Of a DNA stretch of 60,507 nucleotides, positions 1-8,786 are shown one piece after another. The DNA comes from Acidobacteriota bacterium (GTDB lineage Bacteria; Acidobacteriota; Vicinamibacteria; Vicinamibacterales; CAVVIG01), in contig JAGWRA010000189.1 in the NCBI GenBank assembly GCA_028876655.1, forward strand, positions 1 to 60,507. Direction: 5' to 3'. How positions within the stretch are numbered: the first letter of the stretch is position 1; each line of letters starts with the position of its first letter. A program made the translations under genes and the position numbers. Under the pieces are notes generated by a model. It was not told where the DNA came from and made no database searches. It worked only from the letters and a program-made list of their open reading frames with translations.

Positions 1-49
1 CGCCCCCCCCCCGCGCCTCCTCATCGCCGATCCGCCACGGCTTCTCCCG

Positions 50-55
50 TATAAT
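50..55 (+). promoter_or_regulatory. candidate -10 box (TATAAT) that would give a leaderless transcript for the 62..418 gene
   Basis: Perfect TATAAT at 50-55. The GTG start at 62 is only 6 nt downstream, leaving no room for a Shine-Dalgarno site. Confidence 0.4.
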
Positions 56-61
56 GCCGCC

Positions 62-418
62 GTGCCCGACCAGCCCGACCTCAGCCGGAAGATCTTCACG
101 CTGCACGAAGCGCGCGAACTGCTGCCGACGGTCCGGCAGCTGACCGAGCAGGCCGTTCATGCGGCCGCCGCGCTCGCCTCGCGGCTGCAGCACCTGCCCG
201 AGGACGACCCGGCGCGCGACTCGCTGGGTGCCAGCCTCAACGACGTCGTCTCCGGCTGGGCGACGCACCTGCAGGACCTCGGCGTCGAGGTGAAGGGGCT
301 CTGGCTGGTCGACTTCGACAACGGCGACGGCTATTACTGCTGGGCCTATCCCGAGCCCTCGCTCTCGCATTACCACGGCTACGAGGACGGGTTCGCGGGG
401 CGGATGACCATTCAATGA
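62..418 (+). CDS. DUF2203-like protein
   Basis: 118-aa ORF. The N-terminus KIFTLHEARELLPTVRQL resembles DUF2203 proteins. Its stop overlaps the next start (ATGA at 415-418). Confidence 0.6.
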   Translation: MPDQPDLSRKIFTLHEARELLPTVRQLTEQAVHAAAALASRLQHLPEDDPARDSLGASLNDVVSGWATHLQDLGVEVKGLWLVDFDNGDGYYCWAYPEPSLSHYHGYEDGFAGRMTIQ

Positions 419-1173
419 TCGGGCTGCTGCTCGTCGCCGGTCTCACCGCGGCGGCGCCATCGCCGCGGCCCGTTGCCGCGGCGCAGGCCTCCTCTCCGGA
501 TCGCCTGCAACGCACGATCGCCATCGACCCGTCCACCCCCATCACCATCGACATCACCGAAGGCGCCGTCGACATCACCGGCACGACCGGCCACGATCTC
601 GTCGTCGACATGGTCCGCCGCGTGGGGCGCGGCAAGGACCGCTCCCGGCTGCCGATGCAGATCGAGGGGACGGCGGCCGGCGTCCACATCTCGGCGGTAC
701 AGACCGACGAGGGGAAGGACCCCGACCTGCAGACCGTCGTGAAGATCCAGGCGCCGCCGCAGGCCCGCTTCACGTCGATCCAGGTCTTCGAGGGGCAGAT
801 CCACCTGCAGAACCTGCATGGGGTGGTGACGGCCGACATCATGCGCGGGCCGATCGTGGGGACCGGCGTCAGCGGCACGCTGCGCCTGGTCGGTCATGTG
901 GGCGACGTGACGCTGACCGACGCGCGTCTCACCGACGGCGGCCTGCTGCGCCTGCGGACGTTCAACGGCAACGTGACTCTCGGGCTGGCCGAGAGCCCGC
1001 CCAACGCCCGCGTCCTGGCGGTCACCTTCCGCGGCGCACTGACGTCCACGCTGCCGCTGCACTTCAAGGACAAGTTCGGCCCGCGGTTCGGCGAAGCCTC
1101 GATCGGCCGAGGTCAGCCGCTCATCTCGATCGACGTCGTCTACGGCGATATCCGCATCACGGTCCCGCACTGA
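415..1173 (+). CDS. secreted beta-strand repeat protein (DUF4097-like putative adhesin)
   Basis: Signal-peptide-like N-terminus MIGLLLVAGLTAAAPS. Repetitive V-D/T-I/L-T-G strand pattern. Translationally coupled to the upstream gene. Confidence 0.5.
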   Translation: MIGLLLVAGLTAAAPSPRPVAAAQASSPDRLQRTIAIDPSTPITIDITEGAVDITGTTGHDLVVDMVRRVGRGKDRSRLPMQIEGTAAGVHISAVQTDEGKDPDLQTVVKIQAPPQARFTSIQVFEGQIHLQNLHGVVTADIMRGPIVGTGVSGTLRLVGHVGDVTLTDARLTDGGLLRLRTFNGNVTLGLAESPPNARVLAVTFRGALTSTLPLHFKDKFGPRFGEASIGRGQPLISIDVVYGDIRITVPH

Positions 1174-1285
1174 CGAGCCGCCGCGGCGGCGCCGGCAGAG
1201 GCGGCCGGCCCGACTGTGGGACGCCGTGCCCGCCAGGGAGGCGGCACCTTGACCGCGCAGGGGAGTCAGGCGCAAAATGATAAGT

Positions 1286-1298
1286 GGAACGCTGTTCC
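1286..1298. promoter_or_regulatory. perfect inverted repeat GGAAC-GCT-GTTCC, a candidate IclR operator
   Basis: Palindrome seen directly, 11 nt upstream of the IclR ATG (1309). It lies inside a locally AT-rich stretch containing TATATT (1300-1305). Confidence 0.4.
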
Positions 1299-1308
1299 GT
1301 ATATTGGA

Positions 1309-2070
1309 ATGACTGAGCCGTCCCGCCCCATCCGCCGGCCGGGGGTCGCGACCTCCATCGACAAGGCGCTGGAGCTCTGCGAGGCCCTCAGCGCGAGCGA
1401 GCGCGGGTCGAGCCTGGGCGAGCTGGCGCAGTCGACCGGGCTGCCGCCGCCGACCGTGCACCGGCTGCTCGGCGTGCTGAAGCGGCGGGGCTACGTGCGC
1501 CAGGACGAGGAGACCCAGCGTTACAGCCTGACGCTGAAGATGCTCGACCTGAGCTTCCGCCTGCTGGGCCGTTCCGAGCTGCGGCTGCACGCCTATCCCG
1601 TCCTGCGGGAGTACGCCCTGCGGACTGGCGAGCGGAGCTTCATTGCGGTTCCGGCGAACGAAGAGGTGACGTACATCTGGAGCACCGGGCCCGATGAGGT
1701 CGCCATGCGGACGGTGTACGGCCGCCAGATGCCGGGGCACTGTTCGATGTACTTCGCGGCCCCGCAGGCGACCAGGCGGCTGACCTGCCTGAAGCTGGTC
1801 AAGCCGAAGGACGTGGCGAGCAGTGACGAGATCGTCCTCCGGCTCGGACCGCCGGCGGCGGCCGAGGCGTTGCCGCAGCGGCTCTGCTGCACCTGCGCGC
1901 CGGTGCGTGACTACACGGGGCGTGAAGTGGCGCGGGTCGGGCTCTTCGGACACGATCCGGACGAAGGGCCGACGCTCACCCGGCATAACCGGGACGCGTG
2001 GGAACTGGCGCGTCAGATTTCCTTGAGACTGGGACATCTGCCGGCCGGCGCCATGGAGGTGCCGGCCTAG
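1309..2070 (+). CDS. IclR family transcriptional regulator
   Basis: Winged-helix segment IDKALELCEALSASERGSSLGELAQSTGLPPPTVHRLLGVLKRRGYV is typical of IclR N-termini. I chose the internal ATG at 1309 rather than the ORF-track start at 1216. Confidence 0.8.
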   Translation: MTEPSRPIRRPGVATSIDKALELCEALSASERGSSLGELAQSTGLPPPTVHRLLGVLKRRGYVRQDEETQRYSLTLKMLDLSFRLLGRSELRLHAYPVLREYALRTGERSFIAVPANEEVTYIWSTGPDEVAMRTVYGRQMPGHCSMYFAAPQATRRLTCLKLVKPKDVASSDEIVLRLGPPAAAEALPQRLCCTCAPVRDYTGREVARVGLFGHDPDEGPTLTRHNRDAWELARQISLRLGHLPAGAMEVPA

Positions 2071-2098
2071 ACGTGGAAGGAGAGGCGGGAGGAGACCG

Positions 2099-2359
2099 AT
2101 GGCTTACATCATCTGTGAACCGTGCATTGGAACCAAGGACACCGCGTGCGTCGATGTGTGCCCGGTCGATTGCATCCATCCACGGAAAGACGAAGCGGAT
2201 TTCGCGTCAGCGGAGATGCTCTATATCCACCCGGACGAGTGCATCGATTGCGGCGCCTGCGTTCCGGCCTGTCCGGTCGAGGCGATCTTCGCCCTGGACG
2301 AGGTCCCCGAGAAGTGGAAGAGCTACATCGAGGTCAACGCGAAGTACTACCGGAAGTAG
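2099..2359 (+). CDS. fdxA: 7Fe-type ferredoxin ([3Fe-4S][4Fe-4S])
   Basis: AYIICEPCIGTKDTACVDVCPVDCIH plus a second CIDCGACVPACP motif. GGAGGAG lies upstream of the ATG. Confidence 0.85.
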   Translation: MAYIICEPCIGTKDTACVDVCPVDCIHPRKDEADFASAEMLYIHPDECIDCGACVPACPVEAIFALDEVPEKWKSYIEVNAKYYRK

Positions 2360-2373
2360 CGGCCTGCCTGCGC

Positions 2374-2403
2374 GACGCCCGGCCGGCTTCTCCGGCCGGC
2401 GTC
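2374..2403 (+). terminator. GC-rich hairpin downstream of the ferredoxin gene
   Basis: GACGCCCGGCCGG cttct CCGGCCGGCGTC, 12-13 bp stem. There is no clear T-tract. Confidence 0.45.
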
Positions 2404-2536
2404 GACGCCGATCCCTCTGCCCGATCGCCCCGCCTTTTGCCTCCTGTTCAGGGCCTGCCCGTCCCGCTGCGGTGATATCCTGTGTCGAATCGGGCGGCGG
2501 CCCGGCGCAGGTGGCCGCGACGCGCAGGAGGAAGCC

Positions 2537-4048
2537 ATGCGTCTGGTGTTCCGTGGTCTCATGGCGGCGGCGATCGTCTCGGCGTTGACCCTCGTCGTCC
2601 AGACGCGGGGCGTGGTCCCTTCACAGGCGGCGGACGTCGAAATCCAGATCGGGCAGAAGCTGTTCAGCGAGGGGAAGTACCCGGCGGCGCTCGCGATCTT
2701 CCGCGAGGCCCGGGCGCACGCGCCGGAGCCCGGCCAGCAGCAGCGCGCGCTCGAGGGGATGGTCCGCTCGGCGCTGCGGGTGGCGGAGTTCGACCTGGCC
2801 ATGCGGTCGGCGACTGAACTGGTGGCGGCGCAACCGCAGAGCGCCGATGCCGCCGCGCTGTACGGGGATGCGCTCTGGTCCGACGGGCTGTTCCCCGAGG
2901 CGGAGCAGCAGTACCGCCGGGCGGTGCAGCTGAACCCGAAGACGCCGCGCGCGCTGAACGGACTGGCGGTGGTGCTCTCCTCGGAGAGCCGGCTGCAGGA
3001 TGCCCTGCAGGCGGCGCAGGACTCGCTGACGCTCGATCCCGCCCAGGAGGCGGCGCATCACACCGTCGGGATGATCTACGAGCGGATGCACCGCTACGAG
3101 GACGCCGCCGATGCGTACGCGCAGTACGTCGAGCGGCTGCCGAACAAGGACCAGAGCCTGAAGGCGGCGTGGGTGCGGGCCGAGATCAAGTTCCTCCGGT
3201 CGTTCGAGGGGCGGACGCCGTTTGCGATCGAGGGGGGCGACGCGCGCACCGTCTACGCGGTGCCGTTCCAGCTGGTGGGCAACAAGATCGTCGTGCAGGC
3301 GCGGCTGAACGGCGGTCCGGAGCACGATCTGGTCGTCGACACGGGCGCCGAGCAGACGGTGGTCTCGGAGTACACGGCGCGGGCGTTGAAGATGAAGGCG
3401 GTGACCTACACGCTGAGCGCCGGCGTGGGGGACATCGGCCTGCGCGGCCTCGAGCTGGCGCGGCTGGACTCGCTGCAGGTCGGTTCGCTGGTGATGCGCA
3501 ACGTGGCGTGCGTGGTGAAGAACCCGGCGCTGAAGGACATGCCGACCGGCGAGAGCGACAGCTTCTCGCCGCTGGCGCTGGGGCTGTCGATGCGGCTCGA
3601 CTACGACCGCGACATCCTGTACATGGCGCGGCAGCTCCCCGAGGAACGGGCCGACGTGCAGCTGCCGCTCTACCTGAACCGGCTGGCGACGGTGCGGGGG
3701 ACGGTGGACGGCCGGCATCCGGCCAGCTTCGTGGTCGACACGGGCGGCGAGGTGATCTCGATCAGCCAGTCGATGGCCGGCTCGCTCGACCATCAGCCGT
3801 TCCAGCGGATTCCGTTGAAGGTCTACGGGACGTCGGGGTGGGACCGGGACGCCTTCCTGATGCCGGGCGTCGATCTCGCGTTCGCCGGGATCCGCTTCAC
3901 GAACTTCCCGGTGGTCGTCCTGAACCTGCGGGCGCCGAGCGTCCTGCTCGGGTACCAGCTGGGCGGCATCGTCGGGCAGAAGTTCCTGAGCCGCTATCGG
4001 GTGACGATCGACCTGCAGAAGAGCGTGCTCGGCCTGAGTAAGCTGTAG
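2537..4048 (+). CDS. secreted TPR-repeat protein with two retropepsin-like aspartyl protease domains
   Basis: Signal peptide, then a TPR-like region (YGDALWSDGLFPEAEQQYRRAVQLNP). Two D-T-G motifs: VVDTGAEQTVVS (3338-3346) and VVDTGGEVISIS (3737-3745). Confidence 0.7.
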   Translation: MRLVFRGLMAAAIVSALTLVVQTRGVVPSQAADVEIQIGQKLFSEGKYPAALAIFREARAHAPEPGQQQRALEGMVRSALRVAEFDLAMRSATELVAAQPQSADAAALYGDALWSDGLFPEAEQQYRRAVQLNPKTPRALNGLAVVLSSESRLQDALQAAQDSLTLDPAQEAAHHTVGMIYERMHRYEDAADAYAQYVERLPNKDQSLKAAWVRAEIKFLRSFEGRTPFAIEGGDARTVYAVPFQLVGNKIVVQARLNGGPEHDLVVDTGAEQTVVSEYTARALKMKAVTYTLSAGVGDIGLRGLELARLDSLQVGSLVMRNVACVVKNPALKDMPTGESDSFSPLALGLSMRLDYDRDILYMARQLPEERADVQLPLYLNRLATVRGTVDGRHPASFVVDTGGEVISISQSMAGSLDHQPFQRIPLKVYGTSGWDRDAFLMPGVDLAFAGIRFTNFPVVVLNLRAPSVLLGYQLGGIVGQKFLSRYRVTIDLQKSVLGLSKL

Positions 4049-4071
4049 CCGTTACGCGGGGGGCTCTGCTC

Positions 4072-4548
4072 CTACCGCGGGGTCCGGTTGCGCAGGCGCT
4101 CGGCGCGGCGGGCCTGCGCCTCCTGCTGGATCCGGCGCTCGTCGGCCGTTTCGACGAGCAGCGGCGTCACCTCGAGCGGGTTGCCGGCGGCGTCGATCGC
4201 CACGAACGTCAGGTACGCGTGGCTCGTGTGGCGCCGCCGGCCGGTCAGCGTTTCCTCCGAGTAGACCTCGACCTCGACCTCCAGCGACGTCCGGAAGGTG
4301 GCGGTGACGCGCGACTTCAGGATGATGAGGTCGCCTACCTTGATCGAGTGCAGGAACTGCAGGCCGTCGACGGCGGCCGTGACGAGCAGGCTGCGCGTGT
4401 GCCGGTGACAGGCGATGGCGCCGGCGATGTCGATGAGGTGCATCACCGTGCCGCCCAGGATGAACCCGAGCGGATTGGCGTCGTTGGGCAGGACGACCTG
4501 CACCATCTCCGTGGCCGATTCGGACGCGCGCTTGGGCGTGAGGTCCAT
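4072..4548 (-). CDS. acyl-CoA thioesterase (hotdog fold, YciA-like)
   Basis: VVLPNDANPLGFILGGTVMHLIDIAGAIACHRH is typical of acyl-CoA thioester hydrolases. I chose the ATG at 4548, which is preceded by GAGGAG, over the longer ORF reaching 4680. Confidence 0.8.
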   Translation of the reverse strand: MDLTPKRASESATEMVQVVLPNDANPLGFILGGTVMHLIDIAGAIACHRHTRSLLVTAAVDGLQFLHSIKVGDLIILKSRVTATFRTSLEVEVEVYSEETLTGRRRHTSHAYLTFVAIDAAGNPLEVTPLLVETADERRIQQEAQARRAERLRNRTPR

Positions 4549-4568
4549 GGGGACGAGGGATCTCCTCT

Positions 4569-7500
4569 TCAGAAGTCGTAGCCGATCCAGACGGTGAACC
4601 GGGCCTTCCGGAACGCTGAGCTGCCGCCGCTCGACGCGAACACGACGTTCTCCCAGGCCCGGTTGAACGTCGTCCGCCACGACCAGTCGAAGTGGATCGG
4701 GAACCCGAGCGCGAAGGTCTCGAGCCCGAGCCCGTAGGAGGCGCGGGCGTCCTGCAGGCGGAAGCCCGACACCGTCGTGGGGGTGCCCGGAATGGCGACC
4801 GGGTTCCCGTTGGCGTCGTAGCCGTAGCCGATGGTCGGCGTCACGGTCTGGGTGCTGTTGGAGAAGAACTGGAAGCCGGTGTTGTCGAACCAGCCACCGC
4901 CCATGTTGAAGAAGAAGACGCCCCGCACGCCGCCGAGGACGCCGATCGGCGTGAGCGCGGCCTCGATGATCGGGAAGCGGAGCTCGGCGTCGCCGAACAC
5001 GGCGTTCTGCCCGATGAACTGCAGGTAGTCGTAGCCACGCATCTCCGAGTTCCCGCCGAAGTACAGGAAGTCGGGGGCGCTACCGAAGCTCTTGAACGCC
5101 CGGGCGCGCAGGGCCAGCAGGCCCGAGGCGCCGATCCGCATGTAGTAGCGGGCGTCGACGTCGAAGGTCTGGCGCGACAGCGATCCGCCGATCGGCGGCG
5201 CGACCTCGTAGCGCAGCTGCATCGTGTTGCCCGACAGCGGGCCGAAGTCGCGGAACACGGTCGTCTCCTGGATGTAGGAGACGTCCAGCGGGACGAGCGT
5301 GCCGCTGTTGAACAGCGTGCGGCCGAACTGCTGCTGCTGGTACTGGTCGGCGTACGCCTGCAGCACCGGGTCGTTGTAGGTCTCGTTCTGGTGGACGATC
5401 CCGGCCGAGACCTCGACGCGGCGGTACTGGTCGAACGGATAGATGCCGAAGATCGACCCGCCGTTGACCGTCTGCGTCGCCTGGGCCTGCGAGCGGCTCA
5501 GCAGGAACGCCGGGTCGTAGAAGACGCCGCCGAGCTGGCCGTAGTAGAAGAGGGTCTGCGAGAACGCCTGGGCCGCGTACTGGAAGCGGCGGGACAGGTT
5601 GATGTAGGAGAAGGCCAGCTGGCGGTACTGCGCCACCGACGCGGCGTAGAAGTTGAACTGGTGGTCGCCGAGCACGTCGCCGAAGGTGACGGCCGTGCCG
5701 CCGAACACGTCACCGCCGCTCGTCACGCCCACGTTGATCGGGGGCCGTCCCTCCAGGAACAGCTTGCCGAAGGTCCCCTTCTTCTTGATGTTGCTCTGCA
5801 CCAGGGTGTGGGTCAGCGGCGACTGGAAGTCGATGATCGGGCCCGGTGCCCCGAAGTCGGCGCTCGCCACGGTCAGCACCGGGCTCTTCAGGTCGATCGC
5901 GTGGAGCCCGTAGTTGCCCTTGTAGTAGGTCGTGAAGGCCACGCGCGGCACGCCGGGGTCCGTCTTCAGGACGACGGGGGAGACGTTCCCCTCGGACGTG
6001 TTCGTGTACTGCTGGAGCTGGCCGCTGTTCAGATCGAGCGTCCAGATGTTGTAGATGTTGCCGTTGCGGGCCACCTCGGGCGAGACGGGCTTGCGCGGAT
6101 CGGTGGCCGTCGAACTGAAGACGATCGTGTGATCGTCCAGGAACGTGGCCGTCGACTCGTCCTGCGTGCCGAAGGTGATCTGGGTTTTCTTGCCGGTGGT
6201 CGTGTCGAGCTTGAACAGCTTGTAGGCACCGCTCACCCGCGTCAGGTAGACGATCAGCCGGCCGTCGGGTGAGTAGACCGGGGCGAACTCCGCGAAGCGG
6301 TCGTTCGTGAGGTCCCTGATGGCCTTCGTCTGCAGGTCGATCTCGTAGATGTCCCCCAGCTGGTCGTTCAGCGCCGAGAAGATGATGTGCCGCCCGTCGG
6401 CCGAGAAGCACGGCGACTCGGGCTGGTCGAGCCCCTTGATGGGGATCCGCTCCTCGATCTTCCGCGTGACGATGTCCTGGATGATCAGTTCGCGCCGCGG
6501 CCCCTTGCGGACGAAGTAGGCCAGGCGGTCGCCCCCCGGCGCCCACGACAGGTAGGGGACCGTGATGAAGCGCTCGCCGTCGAGCGAGATGTGATCCCAC
6601 CCCATGTCCTTGTCGAAGCCGGGCGTGAGGTTCCGGATCACCTTGCCGTCCCGCGCCGAGATCAGGATGACGTCGTACTCCTGATCGTGCGCGTTCGGCG
6701 CGATGGCCGCCAGCAGGTCGCCCGACGGCGACGGCGCCACGCTGATGACGCCGATGAAGTCCGTCTTGTCCGGCTGCGGCGCCAGGTTCGCGCCGTAGTC
6801 CGACGGCTGCTCGAGATCGCGGAACGGCTTGAACCGGTCCTTCAGGTACCGCTCGAACGCCCGGTCGAACTCCTCGGGCTTCATCTGGAACGCGTCCTGG
6901 TAGGCGTCCTCGCCGCCGCCGATGACGTTCTTGCGCAGCGCGAAGAGGAACTGCCGGATCCCTTCCTTGCCCCACCGCGACTCGATGAACTCGAAGACGG
7001 CGTGGCCCAGGTCGTACGGCACGACCCGCGCGTTGTTGAAGTTGCCGTAGTTCTCGACCTTGCTCATCCGCGGCACGCTGTCGGTGAGCGCCAGGTCGCG
7101 GACCATCATCAGGTCCAGCGGGCTCCAGGCGCCGCGCTCGTACTCGGCCAGCCCCTCGTCGACCCACAGCGGCATCGGCCGGCGGACCAGCGACTCGGGG
7201 ATGATGTCGAATTCGAAGACGTGCGTCAGCTCGTGCGTGATGAGGCCGTAGATGATGTCCGGCGGATCGTCGATCGGCACCACCATCCGGTTGTGGCCGG
7301 GCTCGGTGAACGCCTGCACGCCGGGCTGCGCGCCGCCCGGGACGATGTTCTGCTCCTCGAACTCGGTGTGCGTCTTGAAGATCACCAGCGGGATCTTGAA
7401 GGCGATGTCGTGCTTGAGGTCGGAGCTGATCTGCTGATACGCGCTCTCCGCGTACCCCGCGATCCGCGCCAGGTCCGGCTTCTCCGAGGGGTAGTAGTAA

Positions 7501-7685
7501 ATCTGGAAGTGATCGGTGTTGTAGATGTACCAGTCGAAGGTGTTGTAGTGCGGATACACCTTGCCGAAGTACGGCACGAACGGCGTCTGCGCCGACGCCG
7601 TCGCCGGCCCTCCCACCACGGCCGCAGCCGCCAGTGCGCCGGCGATCACCGAAGCCAGAATCCCGCGGCGGACGCAGATACGCAT
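4569..7685 (-). CDS. outer-membrane fusion protein: MA-clan zinc peptidase, TolB-like beta-propeller and Omp85-type barrel
   Basis: Signal peptide ending ATASAQ. HELTH (HExxH) plus downstream DEGLAEY. Repeated SPSGD/APGGD/SADGR/SPDGR propeller-blade motifs. C-terminal surface-antigen-like region ending VWIGYDF with a terminal Phe. Start set at the ATG at 7685 (MRICVRR). Confidence 0.75.
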   Translation of the reverse strand: MRICVRRGILASVIAGALAAAAVVGGPATASAQTPFVPYFGKVYPHYNTFDWYIYNTDHFQIYYYPSEKPDLARIAGYAESAYQQISSDLKHDIAFKIPLVIFKTHTEFEEQNIVPGGAQPGVQAFTEPGHNRMVVPIDDPPDIIYGLITHELTHVFEFDIIPESLVRRPMPLWVDEGLAEYERGAWSPLDLMMVRDLALTDSVPRMSKVENYGNFNNARVVPYDLGHAVFEFIESRWGKEGIRQFLFALRKNVIGGGEDAYQDAFQMKPEEFDRAFERYLKDRFKPFRDLEQPSDYGANLAPQPDKTDFIGVISVAPSPSGDLLAAIAPNAHDQEYDVILISARDGKVIRNLTPGFDKDMGWDHISLDGERFITVPYLSWAPGGDRLAYFVRKGPRRELIIQDIVTRKIEERIPIKGLDQPESPCFSADGRHIIFSALNDQLGDIYEIDLQTKAIRDLTNDRFAEFAPVYSPDGRLIVYLTRVSGAYKLFKLDTTTGKKTQITFGTQDESTATFLDDHTIVFSSTATDPRKPVSPEVARNGNIYNIWTLDLNSGQLQQYTNTSEGNVSPVVLKTDPGVPRVAFTTYYKGNYGLHAIDLKSPVLTVASADFGAPGPIIDFQSPLTHTLVQSNIKKKGTFGKLFLEGRPPINVGVTSGGDVFGGTAVTFGDVLGDHQFNFYAASVAQYRQLAFSYINLSRRFQYAAQAFSQTLFYYGQLGGVFYDPAFLLSRSQAQATQTVNGGSIFGIYPFDQYRRVEVSAGIVHQNETYNDPVLQAYADQYQQQQFGRTLFNSGTLVPLDVSYIQETTVFRDFGPLSGNTMQLRYEVAPPIGGSLSRQTFDVDARYYMRIGASGLLALRARAFKSFGSAPDFLYFGGNSEMRGYDYLQFIGQNAVFGDAELRFPIIEAALTPIGVLGGVRGVFFFNMGGGWFDNTGFQFFSNSTQTVTPTIGYGYDANGNPVAIPGTPTTVSGFRLQDARASYGLGLETFALGFPIHFDWSWRTTFNRAWENVVFASSGGSSAFRKARFTVWIGYDF

Positions 7686-8121
7686 ACCCAGTACCTCACG
7701 GACCTGTGAATCGTCCCGACGAGTGTCCGCCGGACCGGGAACCGTCGGGTCCCCTCGCGGGCCCTCATCGGTTCCTGCCGGCGTCGGTGCAGGCATCTTA
7801 CTGTGACCGTGACGGTTGCCGCAATGAGACCGACCGCCGCCCGCCGGATCGCAAGACACGTGCCCGCGCGCCGGCGAGGCGAGTCTCCTGCCGCGCGACG
7901 CTCCCGGCCGACCGCTCCCGCGCGCTGTCCTCTGCGCCGGCCAGACGAGGCCGCCGGGGGAGGACACTGCGGGACACCGTCCGTGCCGATTCACCGGGGC
8001 TGCGAGGTGGGAAATCGGCGACAATAGGACGGCTGACGGGCCCTGGCGTCGATCCGGGGCGGTCCGGCGGCGGGAATACGCGCGCGGGCCGTGGTGTTGT
8101 TTTACTGATGCCTGCGAATCG

Positions 8122-8721
8122 ATGTTTGGACGGCGACGTGAATCCTCGGGCGGGCCGGACGATGACGACGGCCGGAGCGGGCAGTTCGCCCGCGAGGCGC
8201 TCTCGTACCTCGACCGTTTGTACGGGGCAGCACTCCGGCTGACCGGGAACCCGGCCGACGCCGAGGACCTCGTGCAGGAGACCTACCTCAAGGCGTTCCG
8301 GTTCGCCGATCGGTTCGAGCCCGGGACGAACCTGCGGGCCTGGCTGTTCACCATCCTGCACAACACCGAGCGCAACCGCCGCCGGGACGCGGCGCACGAC
8401 ATGTCGACACCCGACAGCGACGCCGTCGATCGAGCCGCCGCCCGGCCTGGGCAGGCGCCGACGCCCGAGCAGCTGCTGCTGCGCGAGACGCTGGACGCCG
8501 ATCTGCAGTCGGCGCTCGACGGCCTGCCGCCGGCCTTTCGCGAGGCGGTCTGGCTGCGCGACGTGGAGGAGCTGGCGTATGCCGACATCGCGCGGGCGCT
8601 CGGCGTGCCGATGGGCACCGTGATGTCGCGGATTTCCCGGGGACGACGGCTGCTGTACGAGCGTCTCACTGCCCGGAGGGAGGCGTCCGGCCCGGGCGCC
8701 GAGGTGGTCCGGCAGGGCTAG
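8122..8721 (+). CDS. ECF-type RNA polymerase sigma-70 family factor
   Basis: Region 2 ([36 protein letters not shown]) and region 4 ([23 protein letters not shown]) are recognisable. Confidence 0.85.
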   Translation: MFGRRRESSGGPDDDDGRSGQFAREALSYLDRLYGAALRLTGNPADAEDLVQETYLKAFRFADRFEPGTNLRAWLFTILHNTERNRRRDAAHDMSTPDSDAVDRAAARPGQAPTPEQLLLRETLDADLQSALDGLPPAFREAVWLRDVEELAYADIARALGVPMGTVMSRISRGRRLLYERLTARREASGPGAEVVRQG

Positions 8722-8761
8722 GGGACGGCCAGATGGGGACGGGGCCCCAAGTGGGAGAGAG

Positions 8762-8783
8762 CGCGTGGGGGTGGGGCCCCGCG
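8762..8783 (+). repeat. partial copy of the GC hairpin (CGCGTGGGG-gtgggg-CCCCGCG)
   Basis: Same hairpin sequence as at 8845-8870. It is preceded by the G-tract motifs GGGGACG (8721, 8735) and GGGCCCC. Confidence 0.6.
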
Positions 8784-8786
8784 AGC

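Noticed and set aside
412-2037. 541-aa minus-strand ORF, plus similar long antisense ORFs (2621..3793, 25525..27123, 52715..55051, 57586..60126, 31253..33712, 43904..46405)
   Set aside because: All are Arg/Pro/Ala/Gly-rich and lack domains. Each overlaps a gene with clear family signatures on the other strand or frame.
7686-8024. N-terminal 113-residue extension of the big outer-membrane ORF, and similar extensions at 4549..4680, 11363..11605, 13349..13477, 18848..18943, 20414..21796, 30361..31161 and 33593..35164
   Set aside because: The extensions are low-complexity Arg/Pro/Gly sequence. Some run through intergenic repeats. An internal start with an RBS and a signal peptide or conserved N-terminus fits better.
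8721-8776. G-quadruplex-forming run of G tracts after the sigma gene stop
   Set aside because: Four or more G3-5 tracts are present, but they are interleaved with C tracts (GGGGCCCC) that would favour duplex or hairpin formation. This cannot be judged without biophysics.
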